NCBI GenBank assembly: GCA_039803545.1
Contig: JBDRYS010000003.1
Coordinates: 83,096-147,095 of the forward strand
Reading direction: 5' to 3'
DNA length: 64,000 bases
Origin: a candidate division WOR-3 bacterium
GTDB taxonomy: Bacteria > Hydrothermota > Hydrothermia > UBA1063
Part shown: positions 27,559 to 37,808 of the stretch, piece by piece
Layout of the letters: every line of letters starts with the position of its first letter
Position numbering within the stretch: the stretch's first letter is position 1
Position numbers and translations under genes: made by a program
The notes under the pieces: generated by a model
Databases searched by the model: none
The model's input: the letters and a program-made list of their open reading frames with translations, nothing else
What the model was told of the DNA's origin: nothing

Positions 27559-28707
27559 ATGATGATTTTCAAAAAAATACAACACGCTATTTCTTTAGCA
27601 CTGCCAGCTTTGGTGCTTATCCTTAGCTGTGCAAAGGTAAATAACAATAACACCCTCACTGAGAATGCAACACTAAAATTTACCGTTTCTGGGTACGAAT
27701 TGTTGGATATGGCAAAGGATGGATCCTGGTTTGCAGGCTATGACGTAACCAATCACAAAGTGGCCGGATTCAGCGGGGCAAACGGAAGTAAAATCTGGGA
27801 ATACACAATCCCAAAGGTCTGGATTAACACTTATGCAGGACCAGAAGAGGTTCAGGACTGGGTGCGTTATGGCGCAAAAATTACCGATGATGGAAACTAT
27901 ATCCTTTTAGCCTGCGAATATACTAAAACGATATTGAGCAAAACGGGGACCGTGATCTTTTACGCCGATAGCTTCAACTACGGAGATATAAGTTTCTCTC
28001 TCGGAGGACCCGCCGATATAACCGGGGACGGTTCCTATTTTGTTCAGGGAAATCCTCTGACCCTATTTACACAAACAGGACAAGTAGTATGGTGCAAAGC
28101 GGGTGATCAATACGGAAGCTTATCAAATAACGTGGCAATCAGCAGAAATGGGAGTTATGTGGCAAGGGATTATGGTGACGTTTATCTTTACGACTTCTCG
28201 GGAAATCTCGTGCGCAGAATACCGGATAACGAAATTGTATCACATTTTATCAAGTTTTCTCCGGAGGGTGACCTAATATTCTGGGGTGGACTGGGCGGAG
28301 GCAAAGTAATCGATCTTATGGGCAACACTATCCATTTGGAAACCACCAATGATTTCTACGGAGTTTCCGATATGGCCATACCCGAAAGCGATTCCCTCTT
28401 ATTTGTTGCACTCGCTGGGAAAGTGAAACTTTACACCCTCTCATCAACATCCTCTTTACTCTGGGAAAACGATTCCACCCCAGGTATGGTTTACGTCGAT
28501 GTGAGCAGTGACGGAAGCCTGTTTGGTGCTATAGGTGGGGGCTATGTTTACATATTTGACAGGAATGGACAGATTCTCTTTTCCGCCAGCCAGGATGGAG
28601 GCTCAGGCGGGAAAATAATAATCGGCGGGAGAATAAGAATCTCCGCCAACGGTAAATATTTTTGTGCTCAGGGAGGCGGAGGAATATACTACTACGAAAT
28701 GAAGTAA
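27559..28707 (+). CDS. Lipoprotein with about seven beta-propeller-like repeats
   Basis: The signal peptide has a lipobox (LVLILSC at the end). A recurring D/N-G-(S/N/D)-aromatic motif appears seven times: KDGSWF, DDGNYI, GDGSYF, RNGSYV, PEGDLI, SDGSLF, ANGKYF. Confidence 0.6.
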   Translation: MMIFKKIQHAISLALPALVLILSCAKVNNNNTLTENATLKFTVSGYELLDMAKDGSWFAGYDVTNHKVAGFSGANGSKIWEYTIPKVWINTYAGPEEVQDWVRYGAKITDDGNYILLACEYTKTILSKTGTVIFYADSFNYGDISFSLGGPADITGDGSYFVQGNPLTLFTQTGQVVWCKAGDQYGSLSNNVAISRNGSYVARDYGDVYLYDFSGNLVRRIPDNEIVSHFIKFSPEGDLIFWGGLGGGKVIDLMGNTIHLETTNDFYGVSDMAIPESDSLLFVALAGKVKLYTLSSTSSLLWENDSTPGMVYVDVSSDGSLFGAIGGGYVYIFDRNGQILFSASQDGGSGGKIIIGGRIRISANGKYFCAQGGGGIYYYEMK

Positions 28708-28716
28708 AATTATTTA

Positions 28717-29997
28717 ATGAGTACAGGCAGCAGGCTTGCCCTCGTCTTTTACTATTCTGGCAAGCACAGGTACAGCATTAATGCCCTTTTGGGGGCCATT
28801 GAACAGGATGAAGAGCTTAAAAACCTAAACACCTTTCTCTTCGAAAATCCTCCGGATCTTTTAAAGGGCATTAGGGGACTCCCAAGCGATTATGAAAAAG
28901 TAGTTGTAGGCATCTCCTTCTTTACCACGGAGCTCTGGGAAACCATAAATCTTGTTGAATCAATAAAAAGGCTTGAGAGGAGGGTCTTTCTCATTGCCGG
29001 TGGACCTCACCCCTCCGGCGACCCTGAGGGAACACTCAAAATGGGCTTTGACCTTGTGGTAAGGGGAGAGGCAGAAGAGACCTTAAAGGAAATTCTCAAG
29101 AAATTTCAGAGAGACGAAGATATAAAGGATGTGAAAGGGATTTATTATCTTGAAAAGGACAATCTCTTTTTCACAGGTCAAAGAACTCCGATTAACCTTG
29201 ATAATTTTTTCCCTTTTTCCTTGAAACATGTCAAATTTGGTCCCATTGAGATCACAAGGGGATGCCCTTACGGTTGCTATTACTGTCAGACCCCAAGGAT
29301 CTTTGGTTCAAAACCAAGGCACAGAAGTAAAGAGATCATCTGGGAGTATGTAAAGATAATGAAAGAAAGAGGACTGGGAGATACCCGATTCATTACGCCC
29401 AGTTTCCTTAGTTACGGTTCGGAGGATGGCAAAACACCAAACCTTGAGTTCATTGAAGAATTCCTTGCAGGGGCGAGGCAGATTCTAAAAAATGAAGGTA
29501 GAATCTTTGTAGGGACTTTCCCCTCCGAGATAAGGCCCGAACACGTAACCCCAGAAAGCTTGAAATTGATTAAAAAATATGCGGACAACAATAACATCAT
29601 TATTGGAATGCAAAGCGGAAGTGATAGGATCTTAAATCTTATTCATCGAGGTCATACGGTAGAAGATGGAATCAGAGCGGTTCAATACACCTTAGAGGCA
29701 GGTCTCATCCCAAAGGTGGATTTCCTTTTCGGCCTGCCTTTTGAAGAGGAAGAAGATCAGTTAGAGTCAATAAAAATTATGAAGAGACTTATCGAAATGG
29801 GAGCGATCATTCATGCCCACACCTTTTTACCCCTCCCCGGTACTCCTTTCAGCAAGTACAAGCCTACCAAACTCTCTAAAACATTGAAAGATTTCCTGAA
29901 GTACTACTCATCCAAAGGACGTGTTTACGGAGATTGGCAAAAACAGGAAGAACTCGGCATAAAAATCACAGAATACCTTGTAAGTCAAAAACCTTAA
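28717..29997 (+). CDS. B12-binding-domain radical SAM protein
   Basis: The CxxxCxxC cluster sits in ITRGCPYGCYYCQTP. An N-terminal Rossmann-like, B12-binding-type region precedes it (VVVGISFFT..LIAGGPHPSGDP); 426 aa. Confidence 0.8.
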   Translation: MSTGSRLALVFYYSGKHRYSINALLGAIEQDEELKNLNTFLFENPPDLLKGIRGLPSDYEKVVVGISFFTTELWETINLVESIKRLERRVFLIAGGPHPSGDPEGTLKMGFDLVVRGEAEETLKEILKKFQRDEDIKDVKGIYYLEKDNLFFTGQRTPINLDNFFPFSLKHVKFGPIEITRGCPYGCYYCQTPRIFGSKPRHRSKEIIWEYVKIMKERGLGDTRFITPSFLSYGSEDGKTPNLEFIEEFLAGARQILKNEGRIFVGTFPSEIRPEHVTPESLKLIKKYADNNNIIIGMQSGSDRILNLIHRGHTVEDGIRAVQYTLEAGLIPKVDFLFGLPFEEEEDQLESIKIMKRLIEMGAIIHAHTFLPLPGTPFSKYKPTKLSKTLKDFLKYYSSKGRVYGDWQKQEELGIKITEYLVSQKP

Positions 29998-30004
29998 TTT
30001 CATC

Positions 30005-30681
30005 ATGGTTATAAGAGAAATAAAAGCGAAAAACATACTTACAAAGTCAAAGGTTTACGACTGGGTGTTAAACCCCTATATTGGTTGCCAGCATGCGTGT
30101 ACCTACTGCTATGCCCGTTTTATGAAAAAATTTACCGGGCATAGGGAAAGCTGGGGAGAATTTGTAGATGTAAAGATCAATGCGCCCGAGCTTTTAGCAA
30201 AGGAGATTAAGAAAAAGAGAAGGGGAGAAATCTGGATAAGTGGCATCTGCGATCCTTATCAACCTGTGGAGAAAAAATACCAGCTTACGCGAAAATGCTT
30301 AGAAATCCTCTCGGATTATGATTGGCATGTCTTCCTTCAGACAAAATCACCCTTGGTTCTAAGAGACCTCGATATCATAAAGAGATTCAAATACATCGAT
30401 GTGGGATTCTCCCTTCTATTTCATCGAGGCTCGCTGCCTTGAGAACGCTTCACGAAAATGGTTTAAAAACCTATGTAATGATCGCACCGGTGCTCCCAGG
30501 TGCTGAAGAGCTCCCTGAATTCCTAAAGAATATCGTGGATTACATTATCGTTGATAAACTCAATTACCACTACGCTGACTGGGTTCTCAAAAAATACAAT
30601 TTGCCGAGGATAGAGAAACTCGACTTTTTAGTGGATAAGTTAAAAAAGACAGGCTTACCTGTGGAAGTGGTCGGGCAATAA
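30005..30681 (+). pseudogene. SplB-like (COG1533-type) radical SAM protein disrupted by an internal out-of-frame deletion
   Basis: The N-terminal part reads NPYIGCQHACTYCYARF..ISGICDPYQPVE..LQTKSPLVLRDLD..IDVGFS and runs into a stop. A different frame continues with PSISSRLAALRTLHENGLKTYVMIAPVLPG. The usual ~15-20 residue segment between these parts is absent, so the junction is at about 30405-30415. Confidence 0.65.
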
Positions 30682-30814
30682 AAATTCGCGTTATTTTTCA
30701 ATTTTCAGCTGCATTATTACACACCGAGCACTACAAATTTACCAAAATTAATCAGTTCCGTTTGTTTAAACACCTGAATTGGCTTTAAATTAAGCAATGT
30801 CGTAAGGAGGAGGT

Positions 30815-32290
30815 ATGTCTGAAGAATTCGAAGTCAGAAAGGAGAAGGTAGAGCAACTTAGAAATTCTGGAATTGAACCTTATCAGTATAAATTTTTGAA
30901 AACCCACGAATCAAAGTTCATCAAAGAAAACTTTGAAGAATTTGAAAACAAAGAGGTTCTCATTGCGGGCCGATTGATGACCAAGCGGGTTTTTGGGAAG
31001 CTTTCCTTTGCGCACATAAGAGACGAAAGCGGTGACATTCAGATTGCAGTCCAGCAAGGTATCACGAAGGTGCCAGGGACCGATGAGGATGGCTCCAATT
31101 TCTTCAAAAAATTCATCGATGTCGGCGACATCATCGGAATCAAGGGAAAGGTATTTAAGACAAAGACAGGTGAAGTTACCGTTCTTGCTGAAGAACTTAC
31201 ACTCCTTTCCAAATGCTTAAAGCCCCTTCCTGAAAAGTGGCACGGGCTAAAGGACAAAGAGATCATCTATCGGGAGAGGTACCTCGACCTCATAATGAAC
31301 CTCGAGTCCCGGGAGGTTTTTAAGAAGAGGACAAAAATTATCAAATTTATCAGAAACTTTTTCGACGAAAAGGGCTTCTTAGAGGTGGAAACCCCCGTTC
31401 TTCAACCGGTTTACGGGGGTGCCTTTGCCAAACCCTTTGAAACCTATTCAAACGCCCTTGACACCAAGCTTTATCTCCGCATAGCCGACGAATTATACCT
31501 CAAAAGGCTCCTTGTGGGTGGGTTTGAGAAGGTTTATGAAATTTCAAAGGACTTTAGAAACGAAGGAATCGACAGGCTCCACTATCCCGAGTTCACCATG
31601 CTGGAAGCCTACGCCTCTTACTGGGATTACAACGACATGATGGAATTGACCGAGGAACTCTTTGAGAAACTGGCTATCGAAATAAACGGAAAGGAAGAAC
31701 TGCAATATTTTGATGAAACAATAAGTTTCAAAAGACCCTTTAAGCGAATAAGTTACCTCGATGAACTTGCTTCTAAGCTGGGAAAGGACCCCCTTTCTAT
31801 GAGTGAAAAGGAACTCAAAGAGGTGGGTATCGAGATCGGACTTAAGAACGCAAGCAAATTGCCAGCCACAAGGCTCATTGACAAAATCTTTGATGCCCTT
31901 GTCGCCGATCACATAAAGGAACCCACCTTCGTAATTGACCATCCTGCCTTAATTTCACCCCTTGCCAAGAAACACAGGAAATTTAACGGAAGGGTTGAAA
32001 GGTTTGAGCTTTTCATCCTCGGCGTGGAGTTTGCCAATGCCTTTTCAGAGCTTAATGATCCTATAGACCAGAGGAAGCGCTTTGAAGACCAGATTAAATA
32101 TAGAGAAGCAGGGGATGAAGAGATACCGAGGGAACTGGATGAGGACTTTCTCAACGCAATGGAATACGGCATGCCACCTGCTGGAGGAATTGGATTGGGA
32201 ATCGACCGGATTGTAATGCTCTTCACCGGTCAATATTCCATTAGAGACGTCATCCTTTTCCCTCAGCTTAAGCCAAAGTCTGAGCAATGA
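30815..32290 (+). CDS. lysS: Lysine--tRNA ligase, class II
   Basis: The layout is that of class II LysRS: an OB anticodon-binding domain followed by the catalytic motifs [27 protein letters not shown] and [14 protein letters not shown] strong RBS (AAGGAGGAGG) is present. Confidence 0.95.
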   Translation: MSEEFEVRKEKVEQLRNSGIEPYQYKFLKTHESKFIKENFEEFENKEVLIAGRLMTKRVFGKLSFAHIRDESGDIQIAVQQGITKVPGTDEDGSNFFKKFIDVGDIIGIKGKVFKTKTGEVTVLAEELTLLSKCLKPLPEKWHGLKDKEIIYRERYLDLIMNLESREVFKKRTKIIKFIRNFFDEKGFLEVETPVLQPVYGGAFAKPFETYSNALDTKLYLRIADELYLKRLLVGGFEKVYEISKDFRNEGIDRLHYPEFTMLEAYASYWDYNDMMELTEELFEKLAIEINGKEELQYFDETISFKRPFKRISYLDELASKLGKDPLSMSEKELKEVGIEIGLKNASKLPATRLIDKIFDALVADHIKEPTFVIDHPALISPLAKKHRKFNGRVERFELFILGVEFANAFSELNDPIDQRKRFEDQIKYREAGDEEIPRELDEDFLNAMEYGMPPAGGIGLGIDRIVMLFTGQYSIRDVILFPQLKPKSEQ

Positions 32291-33483
32291 AACTTCATGT
32301 TTTTTTCGTATTAAAAAACTACCTGAAGGCATCGCGAAAGGGCCTTTTATCTTTCTTATCCATCTTCTCCATTGCCGGTGTCTTCATCGGCGTAGCCGCC
32401 CTCATACTCGTAATCGGCATAATGACGGGATTTCAACAGGAATTAAGGAACCGGATCATCGGCATGACACCACACATTATGGTCCACAAATTTTTCTTTA
32501 CACCTTTCCCTGAAGATTCAAATCACATAGCGAAAATTGAAGAAATTAAGGGAGTTAAAGCCTGCGAACCATTCCTTGTAACAAAGACCGTTTTAGTTCG
32601 GGGTGAAAATTCGGAAGGTGTGGTTTTAAAGGGTGTAAAGAGGCTTCCCGAGGGTGTAAAAATTGTAAGTGGTGATAGTGTTTTCTTACCGGGGAGAATC
32701 TACCTTGGGCTTAACATTGCCGCATCTCTCGCAGCCAACCCAGAAGATACGGTAAAAATCTATTCACCTACCAAAATTAAAAGGACCCCCTTTGGTATGA
32801 TTATGAGCTCCTATGATTCCCCGGTGGGGGGTGTTTTTGACGCCGGACTTTACGATTACAATACCTCCTTCGCCTTCATCCACTTAAGGACCCTTCAAGA
32901 ATTGCTGGGTATGGGCGATAGCATTGCAGGTTATGAAGTCTATCTAAGGGATCCCTTTAACGCGCCATCAGTTCAGAAGGAAATTGAGAAGGAATTTGGG
33001 TATCCTTTCACCTCGACAAACTGGATGGAACTCAATAGAACGGTTTTTCAGGCGTTAAAACTGGAAAAATTAGGGATGTTCCTTGTCCTCGCCCTCACGG
33101 TAATAGTTGCATCCTTTGGCATCATTTCTGTGTTGATGCTTCTAATTACCCAGAAGACGAGGGAGATCGGCGTCCTTCGAGCTATGGGATTCACTAAGAG
33201 GGATGTTAGAAACACCTTTGTCGCACTGGGAATGACCTTTTCCCTTATCGGTATCATCGGAGGACTCATAACGGGGGTAGGACTTTCTTACCTTTCCAAT
33301 AAATTTGGCATCTTCCGATTGCCACCAGACGTATACTTCATCGACAGAGTGCCCATCGTGGTAAGACCTATGGATGTTGTCTATATTGTGGGATTAACCC
33401 TTGTGATTTCCTTCATCGCCTCTTTGATCCCATCTTTGAGGGCGAGCAAAATGGAACCCGTTGAGGCGATTCGATATGAGTGA
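32287..33483 (+). CDS. lolE: LolC/LolE-family (MacB/FtsX-type) ABC permease
   Basis: N-terminus [47 protein letters not shown], a periplasmic domain, and an FtsX C-terminus ending ..[17 protein letters not shown]. It overlaps lysS by 4 nt. Confidence 0.8.
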   Translation: MKLHVFFVLKNYLKASRKGLLSFLSIFSIAGVFIGVAALILVIGIMTGFQQELRNRIIGMTPHIMVHKFFFTPFPEDSNHIAKIEEIKGVKACEPFLVTKTVLVRGENSEGVVLKGVKRLPEGVKIVSGDSVFLPGRIYLGLNIAASLAANPEDTVKIYSPTKIKRTPFGMIMSSYDSPVGGVFDAGLYDYNTSFAFIHLRTLQELLGMGDSIAGYEVYLRDPFNAPSVQKEIEKEFGYPFTSTNWMELNRTVFQALKLEKLGMFLVLALTVIVASFGIISVLMLLITQKTREIGVLRAMGFTKRDVRNTFVALGMTFSLIGIIGGLITGVGLSYLSNKFGIFRLPPDVYFIDRVPIVVRPMDVVYIVGLTLVISFIASLIPSLRASKMEPVEAIRYE

Positions 33484-34156
33484 ATTTACCCTCGTTTTAG
33501 AGAACATCCACAAATCCTACAAGACCCCTGTCGAAACCATCCACGTGTTAAAGGGAACAAATTTAAAAGTTCCAAAGGGGGAAAGATTCATCATTACCGG
33601 ACCTTCAGGATCGGGTAAGAGCACACTACTTCACATCGCAGGCCTTCTGGATATGCCCGACGAAGGTTTTATCTACCTCAATGGCGAGAAGATTAATAGA
33701 AAAAGCGATTCAGAACTTTCGAAACTTCGTGCAAAACACATAGGCTTCGTCTTTCAGTTCCACCATCTATTACCTGACTTTTCCATTCTCGACAACGTTG
33801 CCCTTCCCTTGATAATAAACGGGGAAAAACCTAAAGAGGCACGGAAGAGGGCTCTACAGGTTCTTGAAAGATTGAATATTTCAAATATCCACTATAAGAG
33901 GCCGTCGGAGGTTTCTGGAGGGGAGCAGCAGAGGGCAGCCATAGCAAGGGCCATTGTGGGGAATCCTGACCTCCTGCTCCTTGACGAACCCACGGGAAAT
34001 CTCGACAAACAAAACACCTTAGAGCTTATGGAAATCCTGAAGGAACTAAACGAGGAATTGGGCATTACCATAATCATGGTTACCCACAATCTGAATCTTA
34101 TCTCCTATTTTACAAGGCATTACGCCTTATCCGACGGCCTTTTGATCGAAGAATGA
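33476..34156 (+). CDS. lolD: Lipoprotein-releasing-system-type ABC ATP-binding protein
   Basis: I prefer the ATG at 33476 ([15 protein letters not shown]). Walker A GPSGSGKST, signature VSGGEQQRAAIARA, Walker B LLLLDEPTGNLD. Confidence 0.88.
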   Translation: MSEFTLVLENIHKSYKTPVETIHVLKGTNLKVPKGERFIITGPSGSGKSTLLHIAGLLDMPDEGFIYLNGEKINRKSDSELSKLRAKHIGFVFQFHHLLPDFSILDNVALPLIINGEKPKEARKRALQVLERLNISNIHYKRPSEVSGGEQQRAAIARAIVGNPDLLLLDEPTGNLDKQNTLELMEILKELNEELGITIIMVTHNLNLISYFTRHYALSDGLLIEE

Positions 34157-35001
34157 AGTTAGAAGCCATAAAAGACCAAGATAACTGGAACCGTTCAATA
34201 CAACAGATTGCAAACTCCCTTTTCTTTAAGTATGAATGGTATAAGGCCTTTAAGACCCCCTGGAAATCAAACCTCCTTGTGAGGCTCGAAAACTGTTACC
34301 TTCCCCTTCAAATAAACCTACTTACAAGAGTTGCCTATAGCGGGCCATGGGGAAGCTATGGCGGACCCATCGGGAATAAAAACCTCACGGAGGAAATTTT
34401 AAATTGCGCAAAGAAGAAGCTTTTTTTAAGAAAAATCGTACTGTACTGCGAAGAAGAACTACCTTTAAAGATAAGAGATTATTCACTTGAAAGGAGCAGT
34501 GTGGTGATATTAACCCTTGACAATGAAGAAAACATACTTAAAAGACTCCACGAGAATAGAAAGAGAAACCTCAAAAAGGCATTGCGAGGAGGCTTTTATT
34601 TTGAAATTCTTAAAGGAAAAGAAGGTGCGATAAGGTACACCAAATTGCTCAAAAGGGTTTTAAAAGGGGTAAAAAGGTACAAATTTCACAACATCGGTAT
34701 TTTCAAAAACCTAAGCGAACTCGAAGAAGTCCACTTCTGCTTTTCGGGTAAGGAAAGGGACGAATCGGGAGCCATGATCCTTGAACTCAATAAGGACACC
34801 ATTTTTTACTGGCTTGGGGTAAATTCTGCTGAGGCCCTAAGCCAACATACAGGAGATTTCTTGCACTGGTCTATCCTCCAATTTGCCCTTAAAAAAGGAT
34901 TTAAATTTTACAACCTTGGCACTTCGCCTTACCCGGAACTACGGAATTATAAATTATCCTGGGGTGGTGAAGAGAAACCTGTTTACACCTACGTGATATG
35001 A
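34153..35001 (+). CDS. FemAB/GNAT-like acyl- or aminoacyl-transferase family protein (Acetyltransf_6-like)
   Basis: The C-terminal region FYWLGVNSAEALSQHTGDFLHWSILQFALKKGFKFYNLGTSP resembles FemAB / BioF2-like acetyltransferase domains. It overlaps lolD by 4 nt. The assignment is tentative. Confidence 0.5.
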   Translation: MKLEAIKDQDNWNRSIQQIANSLFFKYEWYKAFKTPWKSNLLVRLENCYLPLQINLLTRVAYSGPWGSYGGPIGNKNLTEEILNCAKKKLFLRKIVLYCEEELPLKIRDYSLERSSVVILTLDNEENILKRLHENRKRNLKKALRGGFYFEILKGKEGAIRYTKLLKRVLKGVKRYKFHNIGIFKNLSELEEVHFCFSGKERDESGAMILELNKDTIFYWLGVNSAEALSQHTGDFLHWSILQFALKKGFKFYNLGTSPYPELRNYKLSWGGEEKPVYTYVI

Positions 35002-36158
35002 GGATATTAATCTTATCGCCCTGGTGCGACGACATAGATTTGGAAACCTGTAGAGGCACACCCGAAAACGCCTATCTTTTTAGGGAACTTCTGAACAGGG
35101 GACACGAAATAATTTTTATGTGTCAGGGAAAAGAGGAGGAAGTTCCAGCCAACCTTAAAGAGAAGATAAAATACTTTGTCTTAAAACCTTTTCCATACCT
35201 GCGCCCCTCAAAATTGAATTACCTCACCTTTCCCGTATTCCACTTTTTTTATGAAAGATACCTCGCGAAGAGAGTAAAAACACTCCTTGAAGATTCAAAA
35301 ATCGACATTATATACAACATCGCCGGTTACGGGCATCCGGCCATTCTAAAATTGTGTAGAAAGTACCAAATCCCTTATGCAGTGAAAACCATGGGGACCA
35401 TCCACTTTGAAAAATATGTAAAGACCTTATTGGGAAAATTTATTTATTTTAAGGATCACCTTGTTTTCAAACACCTTGCGGGTCACTATTTCCTTGTGGA
35501 TGACGGCACCAGAAGTTTTGAAGTAGCAAAAAAATATAAAATCCCAGAGAACAAAATAACGATCCTTCCGAATGCCAGGCCCACAACTACTCCTACCGAT
35601 GGCAGCGCGCCGAAATTTGTAATAGGATATTTCACAAGACTGGACAAGCTTAAAGGTACAGATCTCTTCGTTAAAGTTGCTAAAAAGGTTATAAAATCGA
35701 ACCCGAAAATGAAATTTCTTGTCGCCGGTGACGGACCGATGAAAACAAAAATCCTTGAGTTAATGCAAAAATATCCCAAAAATTTCAAATACTTAGGTTT
35801 TCTAACTCACCTTGAAACCCTAAAACTCTATTCGCAAATCGACCTGTTAATTTCTACCAATCGCTACTCCAATATGACCCTTAATGTTATTGAAGCATTA
35901 TCCTACGGAATCCCTGTGGTTGCCTTTGACACCCAGGATACCTCGAAATTGATCAAGGATGGAGTCAACGGATTTCTTATTAAGCCTTTTGACACTGTGA
36001 GATTTGCAGAAAAAGTTTTATCAATCTTTGAAAATCCCGCGCTTTTTTCAAAACTCAAGGAGAAAGCATTGGAAACGGCAAAAAATATCCCCACCTGGGA
36101 GGAAAGGATGAAACTGGAGGTAAACAAATTAGAGGAGTTGACCCATGAAATACATTAA
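34998..36158 (+). CDS. Glycosyltransferase family 4
   Basis: MRILILSPW at the N-terminus; GYFTRLDKLKGTDLF, FLVAGDGPMK, LNVIEALSYGIPVVAFD..DGVNGFLI. Confidence 0.85.
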   Translation: MRILILSPWCDDIDLETCRGTPENAYLFRELLNRGHEIIFMCQGKEEEVPANLKEKIKYFVLKPFPYLRPSKLNYLTFPVFHFFYERYLAKRVKTLLEDSKIDIIYNIAGYGHPAILKLCRKYQIPYAVKTMGTIHFEKYVKTLLGKFIYFKDHLVFKHLAGHYFLVDDGTRSFEVAKKYKIPENKITILPNARPTTTPTDGSAPKFVIGYFTRLDKLKGTDLFVKVAKKVIKSNPKMKFLVAGDGPMKTKILELMQKYPKNFKYLGFLTHLETLKLYSQIDLLISTNRYSNMTLNVIEALSYGIPVVAFDTQDTSKLIKDGVNGFLIKPFDTVRFAEKVLSIFENPALFSKLKEKALETAKNIPTWEERMKLEVNKLEELTHEIH

Positions 36159-37521
36159 GAATCTTGTCATGTTTTACCTTGCCTTTGCCCTTAACTTTTT
36201 AATGGGCTTTGTACTTCTTAAAATTTTAGCCATCTATGTTCCACAGGAAATTCTCGGAAAGTATTTCTTCCTTAGTAATTCGGGCTTATTCGTGGGCGGC
36301 CTTCTCCTCCTTGGCTTTCCCCTCACCTTTCAAAGATTCATCCCCCTCTATTTCAGAGATGGCAAGGAAGAAAAGGCCCATGCCCTCATCCACCTCCCAT
36401 CCATTTTTCACTTCATACTCGGCCTCTTAATTTCTGTTCCCATCCTTATATTCAAAGGCCTTGATGCTTTTATCCTTTTCCTCGCCTTCTACATCGTAAA
36501 TACCCTAACCCTCTATCAAACCGCCCTCATATCCCGCGTAAAAATTCTTGAATACTCCATAACATCCTTTGCGAGACTCCTCACCATCGTCTGTCTTCTC
36601 CTTATCTCCGCTCCCCTCCTTACCTTGAGAACTATTGGAATAATAAACTTAGCTGTAAACTTCGCCTTTTTACTCATACTTTTCTCGATGTTCCCCATCG
36701 CACTAAAACCGTGGAAGGAAGTATTCACAGAGATAAGGGAATACTGGATTTATTCCCTCTTCACGCAGATCCTTTCTCCCTTCTTCCACTTCATCGATTC
36801 CCTCCTCATCCCCCTTTACCTTCCTTACTCAGAACTTTCCCTCTTTCAAATTGCAAGGAAACTGGATATGGGAGCACGGCAGACCCTTGAAGTACCTCTT
36901 CAATTAACAGCTCCAATCATAAGTTTCAAGAAAACAGATGAACTTTTATCAAAGGAATTTGCGGAAAAATACCGCGCCTTCAGGTTGTTTTATTTTTATC
37001 TCGCCCTCTTCTGGTTTTTAATATTTGAGTTTTTTGGTAAAAATATCGTTCTTCTAGTTTCAACAAGCCAGTATTTAAAGGTTTATCCTCACCTCGTATT
37101 ACTATCCTTTACCCTTCTCATCTCCACCCTCTACGCCACTGACACTACCCTTGCTCGCTCAACGGGAAATATAAAATTGTTCTTTTACAAAGACCTTGTC
37201 TGGGTAGCCAGCTTCATTTTAACCTTCTTAGTATTAACCCCAAAACTGGGGCTCTTAGGCGTAACCCTTTCCTTCGGTGCAGCCACAATAGTAACTGCCA
37301 CTTTCCATCTTTACAACTTTCCCGTGCTCCATCCCTTTGAGTATCTCCTTGAGGTTTTAAAAATATTGGTAATTGGTATCCAGGCAATGACCTTTTTGAC
37401 TACTGGCAGATTCTTCTTATCAATTTTACTCATCGCATCCATAATTGCCATTGATTTTAAGCAGATAAAAATGACCTTAAGAGTTTTGAAAAATTATATC
37501 GCTGCTTCTCAAAACCCTTAA
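36145..37521 (+). CDS. MOP-superfamily flippase-like polytopic membrane protein
   Basis: 458 aa with about 12-14 TM segments, overlapping the GT4 gene by 14 nt. The assignment rests on size, topology and context rather than on motifs. Confidence 0.55.
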   Translation: MKYIKNLVMFYLAFALNFLMGFVLLKILAIYVPQEILGKYFFLSNSGLFVGGLLLLGFPLTFQRFIPLYFRDGKEEKAHALIHLPSIFHFILGLLISVPILIFKGLDAFILFLAFYIVNTLTLYQTALISRVKILEYSITSFARLLTIVCLLLISAPLLTLRTIGIINLAVNFAFLLILFSMFPIALKPWKEVFTEIREYWIYSLFTQILSPFFHFIDSLLIPLYLPYSELSLFQIARKLDMGARQTLEVPLQLTAPIISFKKTDELLSKEFAEKYRAFRLFYFYLALFWFLIFEFFGKNIVLLVSTSQYLKVYPHLVLLSFTLLISTLYATDTTLARSTGNIKLFFYKDLVWVASFILTFLVLTPKLGLLGVTLSFGAATIVTATFHLYNFPVLHPFEYLLEVLKILVIGIQAMTFLTTGRFFLSILLIASIIAIDFKQIKMTLRVLKNYIAASQNP

Positions 37522-37547
37522 TTTAAACGAAAAAGAATATAAACTAT

Positions 37548-37576
37548 TTGACAGCACAAAGGCAACTATCTATAAT
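37548..37576 (+). promoter_or_regulatory. Perfect consensus sigma70 promoter
   Basis: TTGACA (37548-37553), exactly 17 nt of spacer, TATAAT (37571-37576). Confidence 0.7.
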
Positions 37577-37611
37577 TTTAACACTTACAAACAAAAAGGA
37601 GGATGTTTAAA

Positions 37612-37791
37612 ATGAAGAAGCTCGCACTCGCACTCATGCTTGTAGCAATGCTGACAGTTGCATGCAAGAAGGCTCAGCAGCCGCAGCAGACTACACAGCC
37701 TGCTGACACAACACAGGTGCAGCCTGCAGAATCCACACAGACACAGCCTGCAGAGTCCACACAGGTGCAGGACACAACAGCAACAAAGTAA
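37612..37791 (+). CDS. Small lipoprotein with Q/T/P-rich tandem repeats
   Basis: AGGAGG (37597-37602) lies 9 nt before ATG 37612, and the listed ATG at 37603 has no spacing. The product is MKKLALALMLVAMLTVAC (signal peptide with a Cys lipobox variant) followed by TQVQPAES/TQTQPAES repeats. The ORF could still be a chance ORF in a tRNA leader. Confidence 0.5.
   Translation: MKKLALALMLVAMLTVACKKAQQPQQTTQPADTTQVQPAESTQTQPAESTQVQDTTATK
37711..37770 (+). repeat. 24-nt tandem repeat, 2.5 copies, inside the small lipoprotein ORF
   Basis: ACACAGGTGCAGCCTGCAGAATCC (37711-37734), ACACAGACACAGCCTGCAGAGTCC (37735-37758), ACACAGGTGCAG (37759-37770). A degenerate copy lies just upstream. Confidence 0.85.
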
Positions 37792-37808
37792 CACGAAAAA
37801 GCACACCT

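Noticed and set aside
30682-30814. A possible riboswitch or T-box leader upstream of lysS.
   Set aside because: The gap is only ~130 nt and AT-rich. I could not find a specifier-loop/T-box motif or L-box-like helices by eye. A covariance-model scan would be needed to be certain.
37711-37770. Short tandem direct repeats that might be a mini CRISPR array.
   Set aside because: The repeats are contiguous with no spacers, only 24 nt long and in frame within an ORF. No cas genes or other repeat-spacer structure were seen anywhere in the window.
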